The notes under the pieces: model-generated | Seen by the model: the letters and a program-made list of their open reading frames with translations, nothing else | Database searches by the model: none | Told to the model about the DNA's origin: nothing | NCBI RefSeq assembly: GCF_001194135.2 | Contig: NC_068990.1 | Coordinates: 65,319,191 to 65,383,190 of the forward strand | Reading direction: 5' to 3' | DNA from: Octopus bimaculoides | Taxonomy: Eukaryota | Length of the DNA: 64,000 bases | Translations under genes and position numbers: made by a program | Part shown: one piece after another, positions 26,102-37,863 of the stretch | How the letters are laid out: the number at the start of each line of letters is the position of its first letter | How positions within the stretch are numbered: position 1 is the first letter of the stretch

Positions 26102-28576
26102 TTAACGTCCGCTTTCCATGCTAGCATGGGTTGGACGATTTGACTGAGGACTGGTGAACCAGATGGCTGCACCAGGCTCCAATCTGATCTGGCAGAGTTT
26201 CTACAGCTGGATGCCCTTCCTAACGCCAGCCACTCTGAGAGTGTAGTGGGTGCTTTTATGTGCCACCGGCATGAGGGCCAGTCAGGTGGTACTGGCAACG
26301 GCCATGCTCAAATGGTGTTTTTTACGTGCCACTTGCACAGGAGCCAGTTTAGCGGCACTGGCAATGACCTCGCTCAAATGTTTTTTCATGTGCCACTGGC
26401 ACAAGTGCCAGTAAGGCGACGCTGGTAATGATCATGTTCAAATGGTGCTTTTTACATGCCACCGGCACAGAAGCCAGACAGCTGTTCTGGCAATGATCAT
26501 GCTGGGATGGTGTTGTTAGCGCTCCACTGGCATGGGTGCCAGTCATCGAATTTGGTTCGATTTCGATTTCACTTGCCCCAACAGGTCTTTGCAAGCAGAG
26601 TTTAGTGTCCAATGAAGGAAAGGTTGGCACGGGTGCTAGTTGTCGAATTTGGTTCGATTCGATTTCGATTTTGATTTCACTTGCCTCAACAGGTTTTCAC
26701 AAGCAGAGTTTAGTGTCCAACGAAGGAAAGGTACGCATAAATGGGCTGGCTACACCCCTGGCAAAGGCCATGGGTTATGGTCTCACTTGTTTTGCCGGGT
26801 TTTCTCACGCACAGCATATTTCCGAAGGTCTCAGTCACCACAACTGATGCTTCTCAGGTCCAACTTTTCTCTCAAGGTACTTACACTCTATCAAGTATGC
26901 ACACTGACATTACACATCCATTGGAGCATACTGGCTTCATTCCTTGTGAGCTTACACATGTCCTCAGCAGTCACAGCCCATGTTTCATACAGTCTGCCTT
27001 TTACTCTGAGCGAGAGGCCTTTTGTCACCAGCAGAGGTAAGGACTCTCTGAACTTTTCCCAGGCTATTCTTATTCTAGCAGCTACACTTTCAGTGCACCC
27101 TCCCATTTGCTTTATTTGTTAAGTACAAAAGTAGCCTAGCATTCGAAGTAGAGACTGTCAGGTTGCGCTATCCGAAGCCACCTTTCTGCCAGTTCTTTGA
27201 TCCCATACTGATAGTCAGTGTATGAGTTTGGATGATTTCATAGAAGTTTGTTCTTCTTATGTTGTCTGATGATTAGCTTGGTTTATTATCATGAAGCTAT
27301 TAGTAATGATGCATTAATTTATATATTGAAAATAATATTGTGTGTATGCCTCTGTGTGTGTGTGTGTATGCACATGTGTGCATGTGCAGGAGCACTGTGT
27401 GAGTGTGTGTATGTGTGCGTGCGTGTGTGTGTGTATGTGTGTGGCCAGTCCCAAAACAAAATTTTGAACAAGCACACCAAAGAACCAGTGCATCATACTC
27501 ACAAGACCTTCGCTCTAATAATAACTAAATCCATCCACATTACATAGTCGTTGATCTGTACATGTTAGAGTGAATAAAAGCCAAGTACACTTGGCAATTT
27601 TTTACAAGTTGAACAATGAGGGAATTAGAAGAACAATAGGTTTATGTAAAATTAAGAGCTGAACATAGAAAATCTATTTCCCAAACCCTGAACCTTTGTG
27701 TCAATTGTTTCTATATCTCCTCCATTCACTAAAGCAGCTACTATAATTATAAAGGTTTTGATGAAAATGTACCTTACAAAGGTACTCTAAACAATGATTG
27801 AGTAACCAAAGAATACTATACTAGACTTAGAAGATCTAGCAGTCAGAGCTTTCCTCTTACAAGACAATATCCCACAATATTTTTGCAGTACCTGGACTGA
27901 TATCAACATTTAGGATACTCAACTGGTCTATAGAGGAATCTGTTCCATTGACATAAAAGCCTGAAAGATCCAGACATTGACTGTAAATTTACACAGAAAC
28001 AGTACCATTGACAGAAGAAAAGAGGAAAAAGAGGAGGTTTAAAATCAGTGCAGACAGTTCTGCATGGTAACACCTAGTCAGCATCTGCTAAACAATAGCA
28101 GCAAAAAAAAAATGAATCAAATGAATTATACTGCTTCCAAACTTTTTCTTCTTTAAGTGTTTGCATTGAATTCTTTTTTGCTCATTAATTGCATGACATG
28201 CAAACTTTGCATTGACCTCTACCTAAACACCTATAAAACAGACTTTATAATTCCAGTACATTGACATTTAACCACCCAGAAGAGAGGCCAATCCCAAAAT
28301 TCCTCTCCTTAGCATATAAACGTTCAAATGCTTGAGCTTCACTGAATATTGATCCCATTCTTCTGATAAAAGGAATTGCTTATGCTAAAATTGCATATCC
28401 TTTTTGCTTTACCTAATCATCCATTATAAATCTAATGCAATCAACTTATCCCAATCATAAGTTTATGAACTATGTTTTTGAGCAATAAGGATTGTTTGCA
28501 AGAAGCTTGTCTAATCAAAATATTGTAATAGTTATAACTTGTGAAATAACAAAGAAAAATATAGAAATAAGCAAAC

Positions 28577-28694
28577 CTGCATTATAATCATATATTTCTG
28601 ATATTGTGTTCACAAACTCTGGATGAGGGCTATCCTCATTGCCTCCAGGCTGATAGTCAATTCTCAATAATTGATCTGGTTTACTATAGGACAC
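28577..28694 (-). CDS. Coding exon 7
   Basis: tttttatatcattcacag| ... GCAG|gtttgc; 118 nt, phase 0/1. VSYSKPDQLLRIDYQPGGNEDSPHPEFVNTISEIYDYNA(G). Confidence 0.9.
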
Positions 28695-29306
28695 CTGTGA
28701 ATGATATAAAAACAGTGTGAAATAAGTAAAAGAAAAAGTTTACTCATCTAAAAACTACTGAGAGAAAAACTTTATATACAAAAATTAACACATACAAAAA
28801 TGTATAAACACATTTTGACTCACAGAAATACATGCTCAAAAAGGCGATGCTCCAGCATGGCCACAGTCTAATGACTGAAACAAGTAAAAGATAAAAGATA
28901 CGTCTGTTATTATCCATTGATATGGAGAATTATTACTCATGGTATAAATGCTCCACTTGTTTTGTTTGGATAAGGGAAGTTTCTATAGTAAATTATTTGG
29001 ATGTTTGAGGCTCTTTGTCTCAGAACATTTAGGGGACAACACTAGTATCAAGGACAGACTAGATAAAATATATATACAACTAGTAATTTCCATCAATTTC
29101 ACTTCAAAATTTAACAATTTAAAAGTTTCCATAAATTATTTTATTGAAAAAACTTTTTATTTACCTATTCTCATTTTATATTCACTGTGAAATGTTATTG
29201 GATATATATGCATAATATTTTATCTTCTAAATGATGAAATAAATCATTTTATTCTTTAAATTCTTTTATGTTTATTTTAACATTTCTCTTAATGAAGTAT
29301 TGTTAG

Positions 29307-29693
29307 TTGTTGTGTTGTTGTGGGCACTCCGTCAGTTACGACGTCAAGGCTTCTTGTTGATCTGATCAACAGAACGGCCTGCTCGTGAAATTAACGTGCA
29401 AGTGGCTGAGCACTCCATGTGTACCCTTAACGTAGTTCTCGGGGATATTCAGTGTGACGCAGTGTGACAAGGCTGACCCTTTGAATTACAGGCACAACAG
29501 AAACAGGAAGTAAGAGTGAGAGAAAGTTGTGGCGAAAGAGTACAGCAGAGTTCGCCACCATCCCTGCAAGAGCCTCGTGGAGCTTTAGGTGTTTTCGCTC
29601 AATAAACACTCACAACAACCGGTCTGGGAATTGAAACCGCAATCCTATGACCGCGAGTCCGCTGCCATAACCACTGGGCCATTGCGCCTCCAC
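29307..29693 (-). mobile_element. Full-length tRNA-derived SINE with 8-bp TSD
   Basis: Head gtggaggcgcaatggcccagtgg (A box) ... ggtttcaattcc (B box); TSD attgttag at 29299-29306 and 29694-29701. Related fragment at about 19565-19855. Confidence 0.85.
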
Positions 29694-30473
29694 ATTGTTA
29701 GCTGTATTCTGGGCACTAATATATGCATTTAAGAAATAGCACTGAAAGTTAACATAAGAAATATAACTAAAATTACACTATACACAGTAGAAAAAATTCT
29801 CAAACATTCAAAAGAAATATAAAAAAGAGAAAAAGAGAAAACTTGCATCACTCTTATTCTATAAGTTTATATATTTACATTAAATCATCAAGTTAAAGCT
29901 CAAATTTTAATGCATAATTTTTATATTTGCAAATTTCAAGAATAAAATAATTCCAAACCAATAACCAAACTATATCCCACATACTTCTACATGTGAAAGC
30001 TAAGAAACCCTAAATGGTTTACAAGAATGAGTGTTTCTACCTACACTAACCATTAGTGTTAGTGAGGAACTCTTTCAATTAGCTGAAATGAATGTAAAGA
30101 TTCTCATTATCAATAAGTGCAAGGAAGCTGTAAGGAAATTAAGCTTATACATTCTGAGGGCAAAAAGATGCTCTTGAGCAACACACAAGCTGCAGAGTCT
30201 TGATCCTTGTCAATTGTAGTCACGCACGTATCAAAAGTATCTTTTTCTTTTTATTTTGCAAGATGCTTGATAACCCTGTTGGTGCTGGTGCCACGTAAAA
30301 TGTACTCAGTACACTCTGTAAAATGGTTGATGCTAAGGAAGGGCATCCAGCAATAGAAAAGCATGCCAAAACAGACAATGGAGCATTTTACTACTCCTGG
30401 CCTTGCCATCTCCAGTCAAATTGTCTAACCCATGCCAGCAAATGTTAAATGATAAGGATAACGATGATTACGG

Positions 30474-30510
<37 letters not shown>

Positions 30511-32399
30511 ATTTGTCACTCTTCAAACTCAGTAACTCTGTAAGGATTCATTTTACAAAGAAATTTCAACATATTTTACTGCTATCTTTGAATCCATCGT
30601 CACACCCATAACTAAACTTTGAATGAACTTCTCTTTTGTAGCCTGTCCTTTTCATCACATGCTCATAATCATCAAACCTAACAATTTTTCAGCAAACTTC
30701 TTGAGCTCACTATAAAAAATTTCTAGCACTTTCCCTTTCCATGATACAACTTTATATGTCTCAAACAAAATTAACTGAAATGAACTTTTTACTCTGCACA
30801 TTGCAGCAACCTCTTATACAATTTTGAATCTCTTTACCACTTCACTAATAACATATCATTTCTATAAAACAATTCCTATGTAAAATCTTTCTTGTTATGT
30901 CACATAGTGGAGGATTTTTGTACTTATGAACTTTGATAAAGAAAAATGTTATCGAAGCCTTAGATTATGAATCTTCTATCAAATCTTCTCGCTTATGTGC
31001 TCCATCTATTACTGGGTGAGTTAGATAAGAAGCTCCATTACAACATATATTTATGAAAATGCTTTCTTATTAAATAACATATATTTTAGAACTTAGGCAA
31101 CCACATTCTTCTTTTCCACATTTCATTGCTGTCTATAAACATTGTCACTGCTATACAGATGCCGTTACTGTATACATCCATTTCATTTTATATACTTATG
31201 TTTGCCTACAGCAATAACTCTCACTCTTGTATTCCCCATTAACTGAGTTAGTCTTAGTTTATTTTAAAATCATCAAAATGCAGCCACTACACACACTAAG
31301 GAAACAGACAATTTAAATGAATAAAATCCTAACAAATTTTAGACTTAAGAATATCTGAAGATCTTTTGCAGAGACCTAATGTGTCAAAACTTCATCAAAT
31401 AGGCTAAGTTTCCGATTCAACACTTTAGTTCTGAACAGCTGCAAATCAATTGCCCTAAAATAGGAAAGAAGCTAAGCTAGGCAAGGTTTGTGTTATGAAT
31501 TGTAGATCACTTAAAAAAAAAATATGAAAAGCGACTACACAAATGATTATGCAAATTATAATAGATGTAAATATTGCAAGAAGAATAGAGAAGCCTTGAT
31601 CCTAAATTTCAAAATACTGATGCAAAATGATGAGTAGATAAATAAAAAAAAAAAAGGATTACAGATAAGATACCAGATGAGAAATAAGCCTACTTCTCAT
31701 TTCCATTTTTCTTGGAACTTACTTCTTTGTTTGGGTGATAACCATTTTAACTTTAAAAAGTTTTGATTTATATCTCTTATATTAGGAAACATTGAAATGT
31801 GTCAGAGAAAACAAAATATTCAGATGACTGATATGCAAAGTTGATATCTTCAAGTTGTTTTGAAAGCTTAGTGTGGACTTTTCCCTTCTGTGCTATTGGG
31901 ACATAATCTTAACTGAGCATTGTCATCTATACAGAAAAAATAAGAGAAACTTCTGAATAAAGTTTTTTTTAGCATAGTGGGGATGTGCTGGATGTGAAGG
32001 GAGACAGGAGGTGATTTGCTTGAAGTGATGTGGGTGATGTGCTGGAAGGGAGGGAGGAAATAACAATATAATGAAGCGGAGAATTTGAACAATCTCTTTT
32101 TTGACCAACGTCTAGCAAGAACAAATGTGCAGAAGTTCTAGTAGATTTTGGTCAGGTTTGGGTTAATGAGTGCCCCAAGGTCAGACAATGAGTTCCAGTT
32201 GGAATTTTAAGTAGTTTTCCTTTTAAAGTGATTTTGCCAGCTCAGGATAAGATTCTTTTACTCCATCCTTTGTAGTACAAGCTATTTCGGCACCTTTTGT
32301 ACTGACAACGTTCAACATAGCCACAAAGATAAGGATTGATAGCGATGTTCTCAGACTTTTTTTTGGAGAAGGTTGTGACATGGCTTGGATTAAGAAAGT

Positions 32400-34400
32400 A
32401 AGGCTTGTTGCAAAGTTACTGGGCATACAGGAATGACCAGTTTTATGCTAGTCTACCTAGAGGAAAGTACACTGAACTTATATCTGGAAAAGGACAAGGC
32501 AGACCAACTAAAGGTTGGGAAAAACTGAAGAATGACTGAAAGAAACATATACAAAGGGTGTGTGTAAAGCATACAGAAAGCTGGGGAGTGTGAAATGGAC
32601 AGAATAACAGGTGGATGATTATGTGAGCAAAATCAGTAGACTGGCTGGACTAAATGGGTTTTCTGGTGGAGTGATGGAGAAACTCGTGAAGCTGGCATTT
32701 GAGATTGGTTTTTCTGATCATATCTCAATGAGACTGCAGCAACTGCTGAACACTGACATAACAACACTGAGTGATTTGGTGGAGAGAACGAAGCTATGAA
32801 CACATACAACAGTCTGGTCACATAGCAATCTATGGCAATCAGGGAAACAGAGGAAGGAAGTGGAGCTGCTGTACCACTAGCTGTCTTGTTGGTTAAAAGG
32901 AGGCACTCCCCATTCCCTGATAGTAATAAGGGTTCTAGTGAGGGGAAGGCAAGCAAAAACTCTTGTGAATAGAGGCTGCACAACAACCCTGATAACTATG
33001 AAGATGATTAAGAACTGGAGTGGAATAACTAGCTTAAGGGAAGTAGATGAGAAGAAGGTTAGGTTTAGCAGCATAAGTGTAGTGGAGATAGTGGTATAGG
33101 TAACACTAACAAAGATTCAGGTGATTGTCATTGTTGATGCCACTGTAGGGATGGATGTGGTTGACTAGATGGGTGGTGTCATGGTCAGCAAGATGGGGAT
33201 AGAGTTTAAGATCCTGTGCACTTTGTGTCATGAACATGCAGTAGAGGAAGATGGCCATGGGATCAACAAGTTGAACTCTGAGGAAGGGAACGCTATAGAC
33301 AGAATTGAAGATGTGTTTGGCAGTGAGTGATAGACAACAGAGTACTTCTGGAAGGAAGAACAAGTGGCATTGAGATACAAGGTGAGCTACTACATCATAT
33401 CTGGAAAAGAGAAGCCAGGAATGAATTTGAGAGAGAGAGAGGTGAACAGCATGATTGAGGTGGGGTATCTTAATATGTTAGTAAGAGGAGGTGAAGAGTG
33501 GCATGTTGTCAATGATGACAATGGTTCAGTCATCAAAAAGGAAAAAAACAAAATAAAAAGAAGTCTGGCCAGTGCTAGATTTTCAGGAAATGAATAGGCA
33601 TGTATTATATATAGGTGGTGAAGCCACAGATGTCATTGGAGAAACCTTGTAGGAGTGGAAGCAAATGACCAGGGTTTCCATGGCTGAGAAACTGCAGAGG
33701 TTGAAGCTGAAGAATTCACTAACATGGGTAGCTGTTATATGTCAGCTGAAGGATCCAGAGCTGGGAAGGTGGCACAATATGCATTATATGGAAGTGAACA
33801 GGATTCTGTTTTTGAGCAGAAAAGTTGTCAATAGGGAGAGTATCTGGAAGGTGGTTGGGAACTGTGACAGGTGTTAGTCCATTGACCCTACATTGAGTGT
33901 GCATGAAATTGGGAAGCCTCAGGTGGAAGAAGACCGAAAGAGGCTGACAATTTATGTGATGTACTACCAAAGATCGTTCCTCCCAATGATTGACTGGAGG
34001 CAGTGACACAGAGAGAAATCTGAATGGGGACTGTGGATGAAATTGCAAGAGTGCTGGATGTGATATTCTTGGAAAGGGGGCTAGTGTATGAGCTGTTGAC
34101 AGATAACAGAACAGTATTTTGGTTGGGACTGCTGAAGGAAATGCTCAATAGGTGGAACATCAGACACTTCTTTACAGCTGCATATAGACCAAGTGGACAT
34201 GCAATAGTGGCAAAACATTACACACTGAAGGCCATGACTGAGGATGGGCGAATCTCTCCCATTGAGGCACTCTTTTTATACATCATATAGCCAAAAGCAG
34301 GACAAGATGAGGAGTGTTCAAGTATGAATAGATAAACCTGAGCATGGTACTACAGTGTTTTGAGGAAGAGGAACGACCTGGATCAGTTCAGATTGGGGAT
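32400..34400 (+). mobile_element. Degenerate Ty3/Gypsy internal region (gag, protease, integrase; RT/RNase H mostly missing)
   Basis: Gag-like VDDYVSKISRLAGL..AFEIG, protease-like KTLVNRGCTTT, integrase Zn finger MHYMEVNR..VVGNCDRC, core ELLTDNRTVF..HFFTAAYRPSGHAIV. No LTRs recognised. Confidence 0.75.
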
Positions 34401-35352
34401 GTTCTATACTGAAACAATTCTTGATTTCTCAGTTATTTTCTGTTCCCTGGAAACATCATTATTATATGTAATTCAAAAATATATTCAAAATGACCTTCAT
34501 ATATGATGAACCATCAATGTGCAGTTATTATCAAAATTTCTAGGGGCCTGTGGTTAGTGTGGCGAGTAAAATTCTTAAGCAAGAGATCACAAAATATAAT
34601 GACAATTCCATTGGTTACAGTTTCAACCTTAATCGTTATATGAAAGATCTAAACTATATACAGCTGACTATGCTGGAATTCACAAAAGAATATTTCTGGG
34701 CATAGACAATTAAAAAGGAATTTTCTTACAGAAAAAAACCCCAGCTTTAAAATAGGCTTGCTTGCAAGAATATGTTCTAATTTCTGAAAGTTGAAGTAGT
34801 AAAACTACTTTATTTTAGCTTAAATATGAGTCTTCATTCAGAAAGAAGGGGGATTAAACAGTAGAAGATGGTGGGGAGAGAGTAATGATTGTACACCACA
34901 GAACAAATGGCATGTTCAGCCATGCCTCATGGACATGATCACAATGGCATTGCCACAGAAAATGGCCAGCAGCACTCACTGCAGCAGTCATCCCATGTTA
35001 TAGAGCGTATTCTCAAATAGGCCACAGTTATCCTGCAGTTTTGTCTATTGCACTTTGAAATGTTAGTGGTATTATGCATTTTTACATTCTAAGTTCAAAT
35101 CCTTCTAGAGCCAACTTTCACCCTTCTTAGGTCAATAAAATTAAGTATGAATCAAGTATTGGATTTATATAATCAACTGAAATTTTAGCCATGTAATTAT
35201 TCTTCCACAATTTCTTTCTTTAGTTTTGTTTCTCCATGGTAGCTTGATTTGGCTGGTTTTATAACTTCAGATTTTGATTTTTTTATATTTTTTATTTTTC
35301 TAAAACTATTGTTTTGTTCCTTACTTTTTTGAATATGGTATTTAATACAAGT

Positions 35353-35614
35353 GTGGAGGTGCATGGTTTAGTGGTTAGAGTGTCAGCATCATGATCGTAA
35401 GATTGTGGTTTCGATTCCTGGACTGGGCTACGCATTGTGTTCTTGAGTAAAACACTTCATTTCACATTGCTCCAGTTCACTCAGTTGGCAAAAATGAGTA
35501 ACAGTGTGATGGACTGGCGTTCCGTCCAGCTGGGGAACACATACGCCATTGAAACCGCGAAACCGGGCCTATGAACCTGGCTAGGCTTTAAAAGGATGCA
35601 ATTATTTATTTTGT
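35353..35614 (+). mobile_element. Full-length tRNA-derived SINE with 14-bp TSD
   Basis: gtggaggtgcatggtttagtgg...ggtttcgattcc head; TSD tatttaatacaagt at 35339-35352 and 35615-35628. Confidence 0.85.
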
Positions 35615-35894
35615 TATTTAATACAAGTATTTACTAACTAATTGTTACTACATAATGAGTTGAGGTGTTATTTATCAATGAGTTGCCTGACAAAAATATA
35701 GTGAAGAGTTTCAAAGCATATATTCTTTAAAGTGTATAATCATTAAAAAGCATATCCCAGTAACTGTAACGAAGAAGCAAGTGTGAAAGCCAAGCATTAA
35801 ATTCAGTGCTGGACTAACTATTAAGTAAAATAAAACGTGCTTAGGGCATCAAGGGAAGAGGGAGAGTACCACAGAAATGTTAAATAGTTTACAG

Positions 35895-36170
35895 CAGGGG
35901 TTTTCAAACTTTTTGACTTGCGGACCCCTTTATATTTCAGGCTTTACCCTTATAAACGCTTATGAAATTTATACATAAATATTTGCTTAAAATAAGATAT
36001 ATTTTTACATTTGTTTATTTAACAAATAGGTTTATTGTCAATTAAAAGATTTCGATTAAAAACCATATATAAAATCAAATTGCCCATAAAAAGTATTTGC
36101 TGTTCACGGACCCCCTGTCTTTTCCTTGCTGACCCCGTGCGGTCTGCGGACCACAGTTTGAAAACCACTG
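35895..36170. mobile_element. hAT-superfamily MITE, 276 bp
   Basis: TIR CAGGGGTTTTCAAACT vs CAGTGGTTTTCAAACT (15/16) and a perfect 8-bp TSD gtttacag (35887-35894, 36171-36178). Confidence 0.95.
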
Positions 36171-36538
36171 GTTTACAGTACAAAAGAGATTACTTTAAAC
36201 TTGCTAAAATAATATTTAAAGNNNNNNNNNNNNNNNNNNNNNNNNNNNNNNNNNNNNNNNNNNNNNNNNNNNNNNNNNNNNNNNNNNNNNNNNNNNNNNN
36301 NNNNNNNNNNNNNNNNNNNNNNNNNNNNNNNNNNNNNNNNNNNNNNNNNNNNNNNNNNNNNNNNNNNNNNNNNNNNNNNNNNNNNNNNNNNNNNNNNNNN
36401 NNNNNNNNNNNNNNNNNNNNNNNNNNNNNNNNNNNNNNNNNNNNNNNNNNNNNNNNNNNNNNNNNNNNNNNNNNNNNNNNNNNNNNNNNNNNNNNNNNNN
36501 NNNNNNNNNNNNNAAAATACTTGAATCACAATACTTAC

Positions 36539-36655
36539 ATCAATAATTTTTACTTGAGAGTCAGATGTAAGCTCAATGCTTGCTGAAAATGTTGGTGGTA
36601 GATCTGGAAGGCTCATGTTACTCTTTCTACCTGGGCATACAATTCCTTTTGGTGA
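36539..36655 (-). CDS. Coding exon 6
   Basis: ttcag| ... GAT|gtaagt; 117 nt, phase 0/0. SPKGIVCPGRKSNMSLPDLPPTFSASIELTSDSQVKIID. Lies inside ORF 36173..36709. Confidence 0.9.
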
Positions 36656-36755
36656 CTGAAATATAATGAAAAATTTCAAATCAATTTCTGAATTATTCTT
36701 TAAATTCATATTCTAATGTATTTTTGAATTTATTATAATGTGTATTAACGTCTTT

Positions 36756-37287
36756 TTGCCAATGCAAAGTGGCAGTCCTGCTTAGGACGATGTTACTACT
36801 GTTTAGTCCCAGGAAAACATCTTTTCCAGTTGGCTACCAACACATCATCTTTACGTTGGTAAATAGACTTTACTATGCAGTACTGTTACTACATATTTCT
36901 CACTCAAAGATTTAAAACTAGTTGTTTTTCTCTTTACGAGGTCAGTGACTGTGTGTCACTTTCAAAGTATATATTGTGAGTGAGGTCAAGTGGCTGCTAT
37001 CCCTAGTCAGCGATTGTCCTGTCCTGAGGAAGGAAAATAACCCAGGAGCCATTGGTCTACAGATAACACTAAGGCTGGAGGGGCAACATTAGCTCCCTTG
37101 CTCACAGTATATGGACACAGATGATGTGTCAGTAGCCAGCTGGAAAATATGTTTTCCTGGGGTTAAACAGTAGTAACATCGTCCTAAGCAGGACTGCTAT
37201 TTTACGTTGGCAAATAGACTTTACTATACAGTACTTTTACTACATATTTCTCACTCAGAGATTTAAAACTAGTTGTTTTTCTCTTTA
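36756..37287. mobile_element. ORF-less member of the same inverted/direct-repeat family as 22680-25110
   Basis: IR about 36756-36850 vs 37121-37221; DR about 36849-36936 vs 37200-37287. The IR sequence is homologous to that of the 22.7-25.1 kb element. Confidence 0.75.
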
Positions 37288-37693
37288 TAATGTATATATA
37301 TTATAATAATTCCGCTTGTCATTGTGTTATTTAGCCCATCAGTAATGCATTCATATGATTAGAGAAAAAGAGGGAGAAAGGAAAGAGGGAGAGAAGAAAA
37401 GAGAAAGGGAGAAAGAGGGGGAGAGAGAAGCGTCTATGATGTGAGGTAGAGGGAATGTAATTGTAACACTTTCATGTGATTAGATGAAGAGAAAGAGAGG
37501 AAAAAGAAAAAGGAGAGAGAAAAAGAGGCTAAGGCAAAGAGTGAGACAGAAAAAGAGAGAAAGCGAGAGAAGGAAAGAGAAGCGTCCATGATGTGAGGTA
37601 GGGGGAACATAATATTTATTACAAGGTTAAAAAAGTTAGTTGAAGGTAGAGGAAGAGAGTTAAAAATATAATTTTAGTGGAGGGGGTGATCTG

Positions 37694-37788
37694 ATGATGA
37701 GGTTAAAGAAAGGCAGAGAGAGAGGGGGCAGAGAGAAAGAAAGAGAGAGGAGGGAGAGAGAGGGGGAGAGAGAGATAGAGAGAGAGAA

Positions 37789-37860
<72 letters not shown>
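37694..37860. repeat. (GA)n microsatellite; many other microsatellites across the window
   Basis: Direct reading. Others include (TAT)n 48168-48243, (CAT)n 51560-51626, (TAT)/(TGT)n 61835-61945 and numerous (CA)/(TA) tracts, often next to N gaps. Confidence 0.95.

Positions 37861-37863
<3 letters not shown>

Noticed and set aside
29560-29693. tRNA-like sequences with A and B boxes (also 35353-35430 and 4908-4980)
   Set aside because: These are SINE heads followed by SINE bodies and TSDs, with no complete cloverleaf, so they are not tRNA genes.
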